Shown here: positions 34,147 to 44,673 of the stretch, in pieces
Position numbering within the stretch: position 1 is the stretch's first letter
Layout of the letters: each line of letters begins with the position of its first letter
Assembly (NCBI GenBank): GCA_050174915.1
Contig: JBFXJL010000001.1
Span: forward strand, 411,346-475,345
Origin: Elusimicrobiales bacterium
GTDB lineage: Bacteria > Elusimicrobiota > Elusimicrobia > Elusimicrobiales > UBA9959
Direction of reading: 5' to 3'
DNA length: 64,000 nucleotides
Made by a program: the position numbers and the translations under genes
Notes under the pieces: generated by a model
The model's database searches: none
What the model saw: only the letters and a program-made list of their open reading frames with translations
Told to the model about the DNA's origin: nothing

Positions 34147-34261
34147 CGAGGGTATGCCTTCGCAGGGGCCTCGCGTAGGCGAGGCTTGCGTAAGCGCCGA
34201 GCCGTAGCGAAAGAGCGAGGCCACGGTGTGGCCGAGCGTACCCGGAGAAGGCATACCCTCG
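34147..34261 (+). repeat. nested-palindrome intergenic element, type 2, copy F2
   Basis: 15-bp perfect terminal inverted repeat CGAGGGTATGCCTTC / GAAGGCATACCCTCG. Internal hairpins are GCCTCGC-GTAG-GCGAGGC, the conserved-loop module, and GGCCAC-GGT-GTGGCC. Confidence 0.85.
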
Positions 34262-34322
34262 CCGGCCTAATGACTGCCCATACGGTAAACCGCAAAGACT
34301 TTCAGCGCAGTATAAGGATTAA

Positions 34323-35465
<1,143 letters not shown>

Positions 35466-35493
35466 GGGCTTATTATTAATATAAATAGAAATT

Positions 35494-35502
35494 TGTTAGA
35501 AT
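35494..35502 (+). promoter_or_regulatory. extended -10 promoter element upstream of yajC
   Basis: TGTTAGAAT lies in an AT-rich spacer. yajC has its own SD GGAGGA. Confidence 0.4.
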
Positions 35503-35533
35503 AGTAGCCGGACAACAAAACGACGGAGGAACA

Positions 35534-35809
35534 ATGAACCAGAACCCCGCACTCATGCAGCTCATCCCCTTTATAGCGGTAGCCGTTATATTTTACTTCC
35601 TGCTCATCCGCCCCCAGCAGAAGCAGATGAAAGAGACCAAACTGATGCTCGACGCCCTGAAAGCCGGCGACAAGGTCATCACCCGCGGCGGCCTGATAGG
35701 CACCATCTCCTCCGTCAAAGAGGACGAGGTTGAGATAGAGATTTCCAAGGGCGTAAAATCAGTTTTCACCCGCAGCGCCGTGGCCGCCGTAGTGGGCCAG
35801 GGCAAGTAA
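35534..35809 (+). CDS. yajC: preprotein translocase subunit YajC
   Basis: 91 aa, single TM helix. FYFLLIRPQQKQ.KE and GDKVITRGGLIGTI motifs. Confidence 0.9.
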   Translation: MNQNPALMQLIPFIAVAVIFYFLLIRPQQKQMKETKLMLDALKAGDKVITRGGLIGTISSVKEDEVEIEISKGVKSVFTRSAVAAVVGQGK

Positions 35810-35827
35810 ACCAAAGGAGCATCGGAA

Positions 35828-37261
35828 ATGAACAAATTACACTGGAAAATAGGCACCGTACTGGGCCTGCTTATCCTTTCATTCTGGCTGCTGTACCCCA
35901 GCGTGGAATGGTATACCAAGACCAACGACGAGCGCGCCAAGAGCGAGGCCATGCGCATGCGCCCCAAGCGCATCCTCAACCTGGGCCTGGACCTGCGCGG
36001 CGGCACCCACCTGCTGCTAGAGCTGGACGTGGAAAAGCTAGACAAGAAAGAGAAGCTTAACGACGCCATGGCCCGCGCCATAGAGATCATCCGCAACCGC
36101 GTGGACCAGTACGGCGTCGGCGAAACCCCGATCTCCCGCCAGGGCGAGCGCTGGATCTCCGTGGACCTGCCCGGCATCTCCAACACCGAGGAGGCCGAGA
36201 ACCTCATAGGTAAGACCGCGCTGCTCGAGTTCCGCCTGGTCAACACCTCCGAGGCGGCCCAGGCCGTGCTCAACAAGGTGGACCTCATGAGCGAGCCCCC
36301 CTTCGCCAAGAACGGCGACCTGCTCCCCGAGATCGCCAAGATGATGCCCAAGGGCAACATCCTGCGCAAGGCCGCCCCCGGCCCCGAAGGCGAGCGCGCC
36401 CGCTATTACGTACTTGAGGCCGAAGTGCCGGTGACCGGCGCCCACCTCGAGAACGCCCGCATAGAGACCGACCAGCAGTTCGGCACCCCCTCCATAGGAT
36501 TCACCTTCAACAAGGAAGGCGGCAAGTTGTTCGAGAACTTCACCGGCGCCAACGTCAACAAGTACCTGGCCATCGTGCTCGACGACGTGGTGCACTCCGC
36601 CCCGGTCATCAAGAGCCGCATAGGCGGCGGTTCCGGCGTCATAGAGGGCTCCTTCACCATAGAAGAGGCCCGCAACCTGGCCATCATCCTGCGCGCCGGC
36701 GCGCTGCCCGCGCCCGTCACCATCATCGAGAAGCGCGTGGTCGGTCCCAGCCTCGGCGAAGACTCCATCAAGAAAGGCCTCTCGGCCGCCGCGATCGGCT
36801 TCATCTTCGTCATCGCCTTCATGCTGGTCTACTACCGCGCAGGCGGTTTCGTGGCCGACATCGCCCTGGCCCTGAACTTCGTGTTCCTGGCCGCCGCGAT
36901 GAGCTACTTCGGCGCCACGCTGACGCTGCCCGGCATAGCCGGCATCATCCTGTCGCTGGCCATGGCCATCGACGCGAACGTGCTGATCCTCGAGCGCATG
37001 CGCGAGGAGCTGGCCCTGTCCAAGCCCGTGGCGATGATCATCCCCGTGTCCTACGACAAGGCCTGGAGCGCCATCCTGGACTCCAACGTGACCACCTGGA
37101 TAGCGGCCATCTTCCTGTTCCAGTTCGGCTCCGGCCCGGTCAAGGGCTTCGCCGTCACGCTGACCATCGGCCTGCTCATCGGCGTGTTCACTTCCGTCTT
37201 CGTGACCAGGGTCGTCTATGAATTCTGGCTCACGTCCAACCCCAAGGAGCTCAACATATGA
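35828..37261 (+). CDS. secD: protein translocase subunit SecD
   Basis: 477 aa. LGLDLRGG, a periplasmic domain, and a C-terminal 6-TM bundle with AGIAGIILSLAMAIDANVLI. Confidence 0.95.
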   Translation: MNKLHWKIGTVLGLLILSFWLLYPSVEWYTKTNDERAKSEAMRMRPKRILNLGLDLRGGTHLLLELDVEKLDKKEKLNDAMARAIEIIRNRVDQYGVGETPISRQGERWISVDLPGISNTEEAENLIGKTALLEFRLVNTSEAAQAVLNKVDLMSEPPFAKNGDLLPEIAKMMPKGNILRKAAPGPEGERARYYVLEAEVPVTGAHLENARIETDQQFGTPSIGFTFNKEGGKLFENFTGANVNKYLAIVLDDVVHSAPVIKSRIGGGSGVIEGSFTIEEARNLAIILRAGALPAPVTIIEKRVVGPSLGEDSIKKGLSAAAIGFIFVIAFMLVYYRAGGFVADIALALNFVFLAAAMSYFGATLTLPGIAGIILSLAMAIDANVLILERMREELALSKPVAMIIPVSYDKAWSAILDSNVTTWIAAIFLFQFGSGPVKGFAVTLTIGLLIGVFTSVFVTRVVYEFWLTSNPKELNI

Positions 37262-38148
37262 TGGTGTTAATCGGAAAGACCAATATAGACTTCATCAGCA
37301 AGCGCTTCGTCTTCTTCGGCCTCTCGGCCGTGCTGATAGCCGTAGGCGTGATCTCCCTGGCCGTGAAAGGCCTGAACCTGGGCCTGGACTTCACCGGCGG
37401 CACGCTGCTGCAGGTGCAGTTCGAGGCTCCCGTCACCACCGCCCAGGTGCGCGCCTCGATGTCCAAGGCGGGCCTCGAGACCGCCATCCAGAGCTTCACC
37501 GGGCGCAACGCCTACCAGCTCAGGGTCAAAGGTTCCCAGGAGAACGTCAACGAAGTGGCCGACAAGATGCTGGCCGGCTTCGCCGCCAGCTTCCCGGGCA
37601 ACAAGTACACCGAGGAAAAGCGCGACTACGTGGGCCCGGTGGTGGGCCGCGACCTGGCCAAGAAGGCCCTGTTCGCCGTGGTGCTGTCGCTGTTCGGCAT
37701 CATCGTCTACGTGGCCTTCCGCTTCTCCAACCCCGTCTGGGGCGCGGCCGGCGTGGTCTCGCTGATGCACGACGTGTTTATCGCCATGGCGGCGCTCTCC
37801 GTCACCAACCGGGAGATCGACCTGGTGGTGGTGGCGGCCCTGCTGACCATAGCCGGTTACTCCATCAACGACACCATAGTCATCTTCGACCGCATGCGTG
37901 AAAATATGCGCATGTTCCCCAAGATGCACATAGGCAAACTGATCAACACCAGCGTCAACGAGACCCTCTCGCGCACGCTGCTGACCAACCTCACGGTGCT
38001 GACCGTGGTTGCCGTGCTGTTCTTCATGGGCGGCGAGGTCATCAACAACTTCGCCTTCACCATGCTCATCGGCAGCATCTGCGGCACCTACTCCACCATA
38101 GCGATCGCCACCCCGCTGGTCTACCAGTGGGAAGGCAAAGGTAAATAA
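37258..38148 (+). CDS. secF: protein translocase subunit SecF
   Basis: 296 aa. IDFISKR, GLDFTGGT and AGYSINDTIVIFDRMRE motifs. 4-nt overlap with secD. Confidence 0.95.
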   Translation: MMVLIGKTNIDFISKRFVFFGLSAVLIAVGVISLAVKGLNLGLDFTGGTLLQVQFEAPVTTAQVRASMSKAGLETAIQSFTGRNAYQLRVKGSQENVNEVADKMLAGFAASFPGNKYTEEKRDYVGPVVGRDLAKKALFAVVLSLFGIIVYVAFRFSNPVWGAAGVVSLMHDVFIAMAALSVTNREIDLVVVAALLTIAGYSINDTIVIFDRMRENMRMFPKMHIGKLINTSVNETLSRTLLTNLTVLTVVAVLFFMGGEVINNFAFTMLIGSICGTYSTIAIATPLVYQWEGKGK

Positions 38149-38168
38149 GAGCTGACGGCGGCAAGGTC

Positions 38169-38795
38169 ATGAGGAAGATAAAAAGGTTCAAGATCCCGGT
38201 CTACTCCTACGAGGTGCTGCGCAAGGCGCGCAAGCACCGCCTCGACCTTGCCTCCATCGGCCTGGCGGACGAGACTGCCGTGCGCGAGCACGCCTCGGGC
38301 CTGGCGGCCGCCCTGGAGCCCGCGGTGGTCTTTGAGTACCTCCCCCCGGAGGACGAGACCGCCGGGCGCATAGCAGGAGAGACCCGCTTGCCGATGACGG
38401 CCGGCATCCTGACGCTGGGCCAGAGTTTCGAGGACAAGCTGGCCAACCCGGCCGACGACACCCACAAGCGCCTGGCGCGCATAGCCGCGCAGGTTTTCAT
38501 GCAGACCGCCGTCAGCGTGACGGCGGACCTGGCGGTGCGCGAGGCGGAACCTGAAGGCTTCGAACTCGGCCCCGCCATCTATATCGCCTCCTGCCCGGAG
38601 CCGGAGCTCCCCCCGCAGGAAGCTACCGCCGTGCCGCTGTTCGAGAACGAACTGATCAGAAGCCTCTGCGAGCGCCTCGAGGCGTCCAAGATAGGCGTCT
38701 CGTTCGACACCGGAGCCTTTACCCCCAAGTATTCCGCCGTCTTCGCCCTTCCCTGGCTCTCCAAGAAGAAGAAAAAAGCCGCGGCTAGGAAGTAA
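38169..38795 (+). CDS. hypothetical protein with poly-Lys C-terminus
   Basis: 208 aa. The codon usage and third-position GC bias look like those of its neighbours. No family recognised. It ends in LSKKKKKAAARK. Confidence 0.5.
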   Translation: MRKIKRFKIPVYSYEVLRKARKHRLDLASIGLADETAVREHASGLAAALEPAVVFEYLPPEDETAGRIAGETRLPMTAGILTLGQSFEDKLANPADDTHKRLARIAAQVFMQTAVSVTADLAVREAEPEGFELGPAIYIASCPEPELPPQEATAVPLFENELIRSLCERLEASKIGVSFDTGAFTPKYSAVFALPWLSKKKKKAAARK

Positions 38796-38804
38796 ACCCG
38801 CCCG

Positions 38805-40070
38805 ATGGGCTACCTATTACTGCTCCTCTACAGCCTGCTGGCGCCGGTCATAGCCGCGCTCTACGCGGCCTTTTTCCTGCTATCGCCCCGCCGGGGCCTG
38901 ATGAAAGCCCTGGGCGGCGAGATAGGCGAAAGGCTGGGCCTCGGCGCGCCCGCCTTCGCCGGAGCGCCGGTCTGGATACACGCGGCCTCCATGGGCGAAG
39001 TTAAAGCCGCCGCCAAGCTGGCCCCCGAACTGGCCGCCCTTTATAAAGCCCCCCTGCTGTTCACTTCCTCCACCGCCGCCGGCCGCGCCGAAGCCGTTCG
39101 CCTGGGCGCCGAGGCCAGGCTGGCCCCGCTGGATTTCTACCCCTGCGCCGCCGCTTTCATCGCCGCCGTAAAGCCCCGCCTGCTGCTGCTGGTGGAGACC
39201 GAGATCTGGCCGGCCACCCTGTACGCCGCGGCCAGGGCCGGCGTGCCGGTCTTCATCGTCAACGCCAGGCTGTCCCCCAGCACCGCCGGGCTTTACCGCG
39301 CGCTGGCGCCGCTGGCCAGGCTGGCCTTCTCCGGCGTACGCCGGGTGCTGGCACAGACAGAAGCCGACGCCGCGCGCTACGAGGCGCTCTCCGGCCTGGC
39401 CGGCAAAGTGACCGTCACCGGCAACTTAAAGCACGACATGCTCGGCATTTCCGCCGCGGGGCAGGACAAGGTGAAGGATTTTATCGCCGCCGGCGGCTGG
39501 GGCAACGCCCCGGTATTTACGGCCGGCAGCACCCACCCGCCGGAGGAGCCGGTAGTAGTGGACGCCTGGCTGGAAGCGAGGAAAGCCGTGCCAGGCCTCA
39601 AGCTGGCCATTGTCCCCCGCCACCCGGAGAGGCTGGCCGAAACCGAGAAATTATTGGAAAGCCGCGGCGTAACTTATACCCGCTGGACCCAGGCCGCAGG
39701 CCCCGCCGCGGATTGCCTGCTGGTGGACGCCATGGGCCTGCTGCAGGCCCTGTACGCCGTTTCGGCCGTCTGCTTCGTGGGCGGCACGCTCGACGATACC
39801 GGCGGCCACAACGTGCTGGAACCCGCGCTGTTCGGCAAGCCCGCGCTGTTCGGACCCAATTATAAAAACGCCCGCCACGCCGGCGACGCGCTCCTAAAGC
39901 AAAAGGGCGGCTTCCTCACGGAAACCGCCCCTGAAATGGCGGAAACGCTTACGCTGCTCTTAACCGACCCGGGCGAACTTCAAACCGCCCGGGACAACGC
40001 CTCTGCCACCCTGAGCGCCCTGCGCGGCGCCACTCAGAAAACCATTCAGCTCATCCAGTCCAACGCTTAA
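38805..40070 (+). CDS. waaA: 3-deoxy-D-manno-octulosonic acid (Kdo) transferase
   Basis: 421 aa with an N-terminal TM helix. WIHAASMGE, ETEIWP and GGHNVLEPA motifs. Confidence 0.9.
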   Translation: MGYLLLLLYSLLAPVIAALYAAFFLLSPRRGLMKALGGEIGERLGLGAPAFAGAPVWIHAASMGEVKAAAKLAPELAALYKAPLLFTSSTAAGRAEAVRLGAEARLAPLDFYPCAAAFIAAVKPRLLLLVETEIWPATLYAAARAGVPVFIVNARLSPSTAGLYRALAPLARLAFSGVRRVLAQTEADAARYEALSGLAGKVTVTGNLKHDMLGISAAGQDKVKDFIAAGGWGNAPVFTAGSTHPPEEPVVVDAWLEARKAVPGLKLAIVPRHPERLAETEKLLESRGVTYTRWTQAAGPAADCLLVDAMGLLQALYAVSAVCFVGGTLDDTGGHNVLEPALFGKPALFGPNYKNARHAGDALLKQKGGFLTETAPEMAETLTLLLTDPGELQTARDNASATLSALRGATQKTIQLIQSNA

Positions 40071-40079
40071 GAGGACCAC

Positions 40080-43000
40080 TTACGGCGCCGGGCAGGCGTG
40101 CGGCGTGCCGCTTATACCGGTGACCATGCCGTTGGTAATGGTCAGCGTGCGGCAAGTGCCAGCCGCGCCCGTAGAACTGTACACCTCGAACGAGGTACTC
40201 TCGCCCGTAGTATAGTTGGAATTTATCGTACCGAAAGTCGGGGCGCTGGCCCCAGTGCCACGCAGCACAGTATTTGCCGCTCCGGGCCCTACGCTGCCCA
40301 CCGAAGCGCCGCCGAGCAGCACCGCGTTGGACGTAAGCGAACCGACACCGGTGCCGCCCTGCGCCACCGTAACGTCGGCATTGTCGGTCAGTATTGTGGC
40401 ATTGGCGTTGGGGAGCGTGAAGGTCTTGGCCGCCGTGGCGGGGCCGCTGAACTGGGTGAAGGCATTGTTCGTGCCGCCGTTTGTCGCCGGCAGTATTCCA
40501 TCCACCTCGGAAGTCAGCGTTATGAGCCCGTCATCGGCTATGGTGTCGGCGGTGGTGTCGTAGGTACCGTTCGTCTCTGTGCCCAGGCTGACGCAGTTGG
40601 TGCAGGCCACGTCGTTGGCCGCGCCCCCCGCGCTGGCGGAACCGGCGTAGTTGCCGGTAGAGAGGTTCCCCGAAGCGTCGCTTATTACCGCGCCGAGGCC
40701 GAAGCCGTTAATTTTTATCGTGCCGCCGGAAGTGATCCTCATACGCTCCGCAGGATTGTCCAGCACGTTGGTGGTCATAAATATCATGTCATCGCCGAGG
40801 CCCGTTGTGCCGATGAAGTCGGACGCGCCGACATTATTACCGCGCAAGCCCCAGGCGCCGTAGCCGCCGCCGCTGGCATTGTCCACATAGGCGCGCGTGG
40901 CGGCGTCGCTGGAGGTCAGCGGGTCGCCCAGGTTGATTATCCTGCCGGTGGTCATATTCAGAACGCCGTCGTTGACCAGTATACCGGAGGCGGTCTCCAC
41001 GCTATACTGCGTGGCCCCCACGGCCTTGAACGTGCCGCTGGAAGAGGTGGTGATAGCGCTGAAGGTGGGGTTGCCGCCGGTATGTATGTTCTGCGGCAAC
41101 GACAGGGTTATGGTGCCCGCCCCATTGGTAACGATTATCTGGTTGGAGGTACCACCGAGCGCCGCCACGGACGGTGCATTGCCGGTGTTGCCTATGATAA
41201 GCTGCCCGTTGGTCAAGGCAGGCAACGAAGCGATGTCCCCTGCGTCTGCCCCGTAAAGAACGCGGTTGGCCGGCAGCGTAGCCAGGCCCGTGCCGCCGCT
41301 GGCCACGGCAAGCGGCGTGGTGAGGGTCAGCAGGTCGAAGGTGGGGTCGGCCGCAGTATGGATGTCCTGCGGCAGCGACAGCGTTATGCTGCCCGCCCCG
41401 TTGGTGACCAACACCTGGTTGGCCGTCTGCGTGAGCGTGGCCAGCGTAGGCTCCTGGGTGCCGTCACCTATAAGCAGTTGACCGTTGGTCAGCACATCGG
41501 TAACACCTAGGGCAGCAGTCCCGTTACCGAACAAGACGCCGCCGTCGGTAAAAGTGCCGGCCCCGGTGCCACCGTACTGCACGGCCAGGTCGGAGGCCAG
41601 CAGCAGCGCGCCGGCCGAGGTAAACGTGGACTTGGTAAGCCCGGAGCCGAACTGCGCGTCGCCGTTAACTTCCAGTTTAGTTTGGGGAGTTATGGTGCCG
41701 ATACCGGTCCTGGCCGCGGCGCCGGTGGAGAGATAGACGTCGGAGGCCACCATCAGGCCCGACAGGCGCACCTGCAAGTTGGAGCGCTGCAGCAGCTCGC
41801 CGTCGAAAGCGATATTGCCGGCCACCACGAGGTCTTCCACGGAGTCGGCGCTATAGGGGTTGAGCGGGGTGCCCAGTACCAGGTCGCCGCCGCGCACGTT
41901 AAGCCGCGAGACGGGGTTGATTGTACCTATGCCCACGTTGCCGCCTGTATTGAGCACCAGGCCGTCCAGAGAGCCGGCGCGCAGGATAACGTTGCCGCCA
42001 CCGACCAGGTCGGCGTTGGACTGCACCACTGCGTCGGAGTTGTTTGAAAGGTTGCCCACGGAGAGCGCGCCGAGGTTGCCGGTGGTGATGCTGGTGCCGT
42101 CTGGAAAAAGCAGTCCGCCACCGTCCTTGGAGATCCGGATATTGCCGTCAACCGTAAGCTTCCAGGCAGGCTCCATGATGGAGGTGCCTATGCCTACATT
42201 ACCCAGAGAAGAGCTGACGTAGATGGAAGGCGTGCCCTGGTAGCCCGTGGAGATCCAGACCACGCTGTTCTGTATGCGATGGTAGACGGAATCGGTGATG
42301 GTCTTGGCCTGGCCGCCCACTACCAGCGCGAGATTAGGCAGATAATTACCGCTGAGCGTCTCCAGGCTGGCGGCCTTTACAGGACCGCGGTAGAAAGCCA
42401 CGCGGGCCTCGCCGGTGGAACCGGCCACCAGGTAGGCGGAGGCGTTATGGGCGAATTCAGAGGTATTGCCCCCCACCTGCAGATAGTCGTCGCCGGGGAA
42501 GTCGAAGCCGATGGCGCCCACGCCGAGGCGTGAATTAACGATGACGTCGCTGGATACGGTCGTCTGGTTACTGAAGGTGTTCTGGCCGGTAAAGGTATTG
42601 GACGAGGCTATATATGCCGGAAGGCCGGCCATGGAACCGATGCCGCCGGTGACCTGCAGCGAACCGTAGACTACGGTGGACGACAGGTAGACCATGTTGC
42701 CGTTTGAGGAATTCGCGTCCAGGTCCCCGTCCACGCGCACATTGCCGGAGAAAGCCGCCGTAGTCGCCATAACGCCGTAGTCCGCAAGCACGCTGCCGCG
42801 CACGTGAAGCTTCTCGCGCGGGGTGTCGGTGCCTATGCCCACGTTGAAAGAGTTGGTCTGCTGCAGCAACAAATGGGAGGCGTCGGCGGCGCGCACCTCG
42901 TTAGCCAGGCCGGTCCAGGTATTGCTGTAGGCGCCTATGGAAACGTTGGCGCCCCGCACGCCGGCCGCGGCCCGGATATTGGCCGCGGAATAGACGCGCT

Positions 43001-44021
43001 CTGAGGCCGGGGCCGTGCCGCCCACGCCCAGGTTGCCGGAGGCGTCGATGCGCAGACGCTCCAGGTTGTTGGTGGCCGCCACTATGGCATTCACAGGGTC
43101 GCCAAGGGCGATATAGTTATTGCCGATGCCGCGCACCTGCCCGCCTTCCACCACCAGGTCCTCTTTAATATTGACCTCGGCGTCGACTCGGTCGAAAATA
43201 CCCTCGTTGCCGACAAAGAGCGAACCGTTCACGTCCAGCTTGCCATTAGGCGCAAGGGTGCCTATGCCGAAATCGCCCGCGGAAGTGATGCGGGCTTTTT
43301 CTCCGGTGATGGTGGTGTTGGGGATGCCGAACAGGATGTTGTATCCGGTCCCGGCCTCTATGGTGGCGTTAGCGCTAGGGCTGGTGATACCCCCTGCTAC
43401 GGTGCCGATATTTGCGCTGGTCATGGCGCTGTTGCTGGTCAGGAACCGGAGCGCCCCGCCGTTTATGATCTCGATGTCCCCGTCCACAGTAAGCTTCCTG
43501 GACGGGCTGATGACGCCGCCTATGCCCACCTGGGCGCCAGTGGCCGTGGCCAGGAGGACATTGAAATTGGCCGTAAGGGTGGTGACCTGCACGCTGGCGC
43601 CGTCCTCCAGGCGCTTGGCCACTACCGCGTAAGCCACGCTGTTAAGCGGCTCGCGGGGGCTCAGCGTGTCGCTCTCTACCTGCACCTCGAGGTAGAGCCG
43701 CTCCCCCCCGGAAAGGACCGCGGCTGGCGGGGTAAGGTCGGCGCTGAAAATACCCTGGGTGGCCTGGGCTGTGATCTCAGGGCTCTCCCACAGGCAGGGC
43801 TGGGCTATGCCGCCGCACTCGCCGCCGCTGGCGTTATTGGCGGTGGGCGAGTTGTAGATGCGGAAGTAAAGATGCACCGGGCCGGTGATGGGGGCGTTGT
43901 CGCGCTCCAGGCGGCCCTGGTAGTTCAGCGTGCCGGGCACGCTGCCGGGGGCCACGTCGCCGGCGAAGGCCGGGAGAGGCAGCAACAGGGCCGCGCAAAG
44001 GGATAGAATGTATTTTTTCAT
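40080..44021 (-). CDS. giant secreted phage-tail-fibre-like repeat protein
   Basis: 1313 aa with a signal peptide. There are six VGIGT-x-P-x-KL-V-G collar motifs, a tandem duplication of about 90 aa (GGTG...ITLSLPQ-IHT), and an INLGDPLTSSDAATRAYVD tail-fibre motif. It is Gly/Thr/Asn/Ser-rich. Confidence 0.8.
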   Translation of the reverse strand: MKKYILSLCAALLLPLPAFAGDVAPGSVPGTLNYQGRLERDNAPITGPVHLYFRIYNSPTANNASGGECGGIAQPCLWESPEITAQATQGIFSADLTPPAAVLSGGERLYLEVQVESDTLSPREPLNSVAYAVVAKRLEDGASVQVTTLTANFNVLLATATGAQVGIGGVISPSRKLTVDGDIEIINGGALRFLTSNSAMTSANIGTVAGGITSPSANATIEAGTGYNILFGIPNTTITGEKARITSAGDFGIGTLAPNGKLDVNGSLFVGNEGIFDRVDAEVNIKEDLVVEGGQVRGIGNNYIALGDPVNAIVAATNNLERLRIDASGNLGVGGTAPASERVYSAANIRAAAGVRGANVSIGAYSNTWTGLANEVRAADASHLLLQQTNSFNVGIGTDTPREKLHVRGSVLADYGVMATTAAFSGNVRVDGDLDANSSNGNMVYLSSTVVYGSLQVTGGIGSMAGLPAYIASSNTFTGQNTFSNQTTVSSDVIVNSRLGVGAIGFDFPGDDYLQVGGNTSEFAHNASAYLVAGSTGEARVAFYRGPVKAASLETLSGNYLPNLALVVGGQAKTITDSVYHRIQNSVVWISTGYQGTPSIYVSSSLGNVGIGTSIMEPAWKLTVDGNIRISKDGGGLLFPDGTSITTGNLGALSVGNLSNNSDAVVQSNADLVGGGNVILRAGSLDGLVLNTGGNVGIGTINPVSRLNVRGGDLVLGTPLNPYSADSVEDLVVAGNIAFDGELLQRSNLQVRLSGLMVASDVYLSTGAAARTGIGTITPQTKLEVNGDAQFGSGLTKSTFTSAGALLLASDLAVQYGGTGAGTFTDGGVLFGNGTAALGVTDVLTNGQLLIGDGTQEPTLATLTQTANQVLVTNGAGSITLSLPQDIHTAADPTFDLLTLTTPLAVASGGTGLATLPANRVLYGADAGDIASLPALTNGQLIIGNTGNAPSVAALGGTSNQIIVTNGAGTITLSLPQNIHTGGNPTFSAITTSSSGTFKAVGATQYSVETASGILVNDGVLNMTTGRIINLGDPLTSSDAATRAYVDNASGGGYGAWGLRGNNVGASDFIGTTGLGDDMIFMTTNVLDNPAERMRITSGGTIKINGFGLGAVISDASGNLSTGNYAGSASAGGAANDVACTNCVSLGTETNGTYDTTADTIADDGLITLTSEVDGILPATNGGTNNAFTQFSGPATAAKTFTLPNANATILTDNADVTVAQGGTGVGSLTSNAVLLGGASVGSVGPGAANTVLRGTGASAPTFGTINSNYTTGESTSFEVYSSTGAAGTCRTLTITNGMVTGISGTPHACPAP

Positions 44022-44030
44022 AGGAACACC

Positions 44031-44564
44031 TTACCTGACTACCACGATCTTGCCTTTTTTTACGGAGCCGTCGCCCTTGGCCACGAAGAAGTAAAGGCCG
44101 CTGGCCACCTTGGCGCCGGCGGAGTTGCGCAGGTCCCAGCCCACGCTGTCGATATTGTTGTTCTTTTCCACCGTGATGACTTTTTCCCCGGAAATGGTGA
44201 AGATATTTATAGTGGCGCGCAGCGTCAGGCGCGTGAACGTTACGCCGGTGCAGCCCCGTGAGGACATGCAGGGGTTGGGATACACGTGCGCGGTCTCCAT
44301 GTCGGCCTGCGGCGGGCGCCAGGAATTCACCACGCCGCTGGTCACGGTATAGCGGCCGCCGGACAGCGCGCCGTAACCCAGCTGGGTGGTGCTGCCCAGC
44401 AGCGAGTAAGCGCCGCCCGTCTTGGGCATGCTGTTGCCCACGGTGGTCTGCTCGCTGATAAAAAGGCGGTGGGCGCCGCCCACCATCAGCGCGGAGGTGT
44501 AATTGTAAAGTCCCCCCGCGGCCAGCGCGGCGAACAATATTGAAACCGCAGTCTTTAACCGCAT
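44031..44564 (-). CDS. small secreted protein with T9SS-type (Por_Secre_tail-like) C-terminal domain
   Basis: 177 aa. VYPNPC....VTF....INIFTISGEKV....WDLRNSAGAKVASGLYFFVAKG...KGKIVVVR. The C-terminal roughly 75 aa resemble the C-terminus of the 23546-27034 protease. Confidence 0.7.
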   Translation of the reverse strand: MRLKTAVSILFAALAAGGLYNYTSALMVGGAHRLFISEQTTVGNSMPKTGGAYSLLGSTTQLGYGALSGGRYTVTSGVVNSWRPPQADMETAHVYPNPCMSSRGCTGVTFTRLTLRATINIFTISGEKVITVEKNNNIDSVGWDLRNSAGAKVASGLYFFVAKGDGSVKKGKIVVVR

Positions 44565-44570
44565 ACTATA

Positions 44571-44599
44571 TAGATATATGATAACCCGCGTTAAGTCAA
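44571..44599 (-). promoter_or_regulatory. promoter with leaderless geometry for the 177-aa / giant-fibre operon
   Basis: The minus strand reads TTGACT, 17 nt spacer, TATCTA, 6 nt, ATG. There is no SD. Confidence 0.5.
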
Positions 44600-44652
44600 T
44601 GACTATTAAGTTAAATAATTGTTACGGCCGGCCAACCGGCAAATCCTATAAA

Positions 44653-44661
44653 TGATATAAT
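44653..44661 (+). promoter_or_regulatory. extended -10 promoter (TGATATAAT) 12 nt upstream of the GT9 ATG
   Basis: Consensus TGnTATAAT, with no SD before the ATG at 44674. Confidence 0.5.
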
Positions 44662-44673
44662 TTTTATTAATTC

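Noticed and set aside
40080-44564. Prophage remnant, suggested by the tail-fibre-like motifs.
   Set aside because: No capsid, terminase, tail-tube, baseplate, lysis or integrase genes lie in the flanks. The protein has a Sec signal peptide and sits in an LPS operon context, so I treat it as a cellular surface protein.
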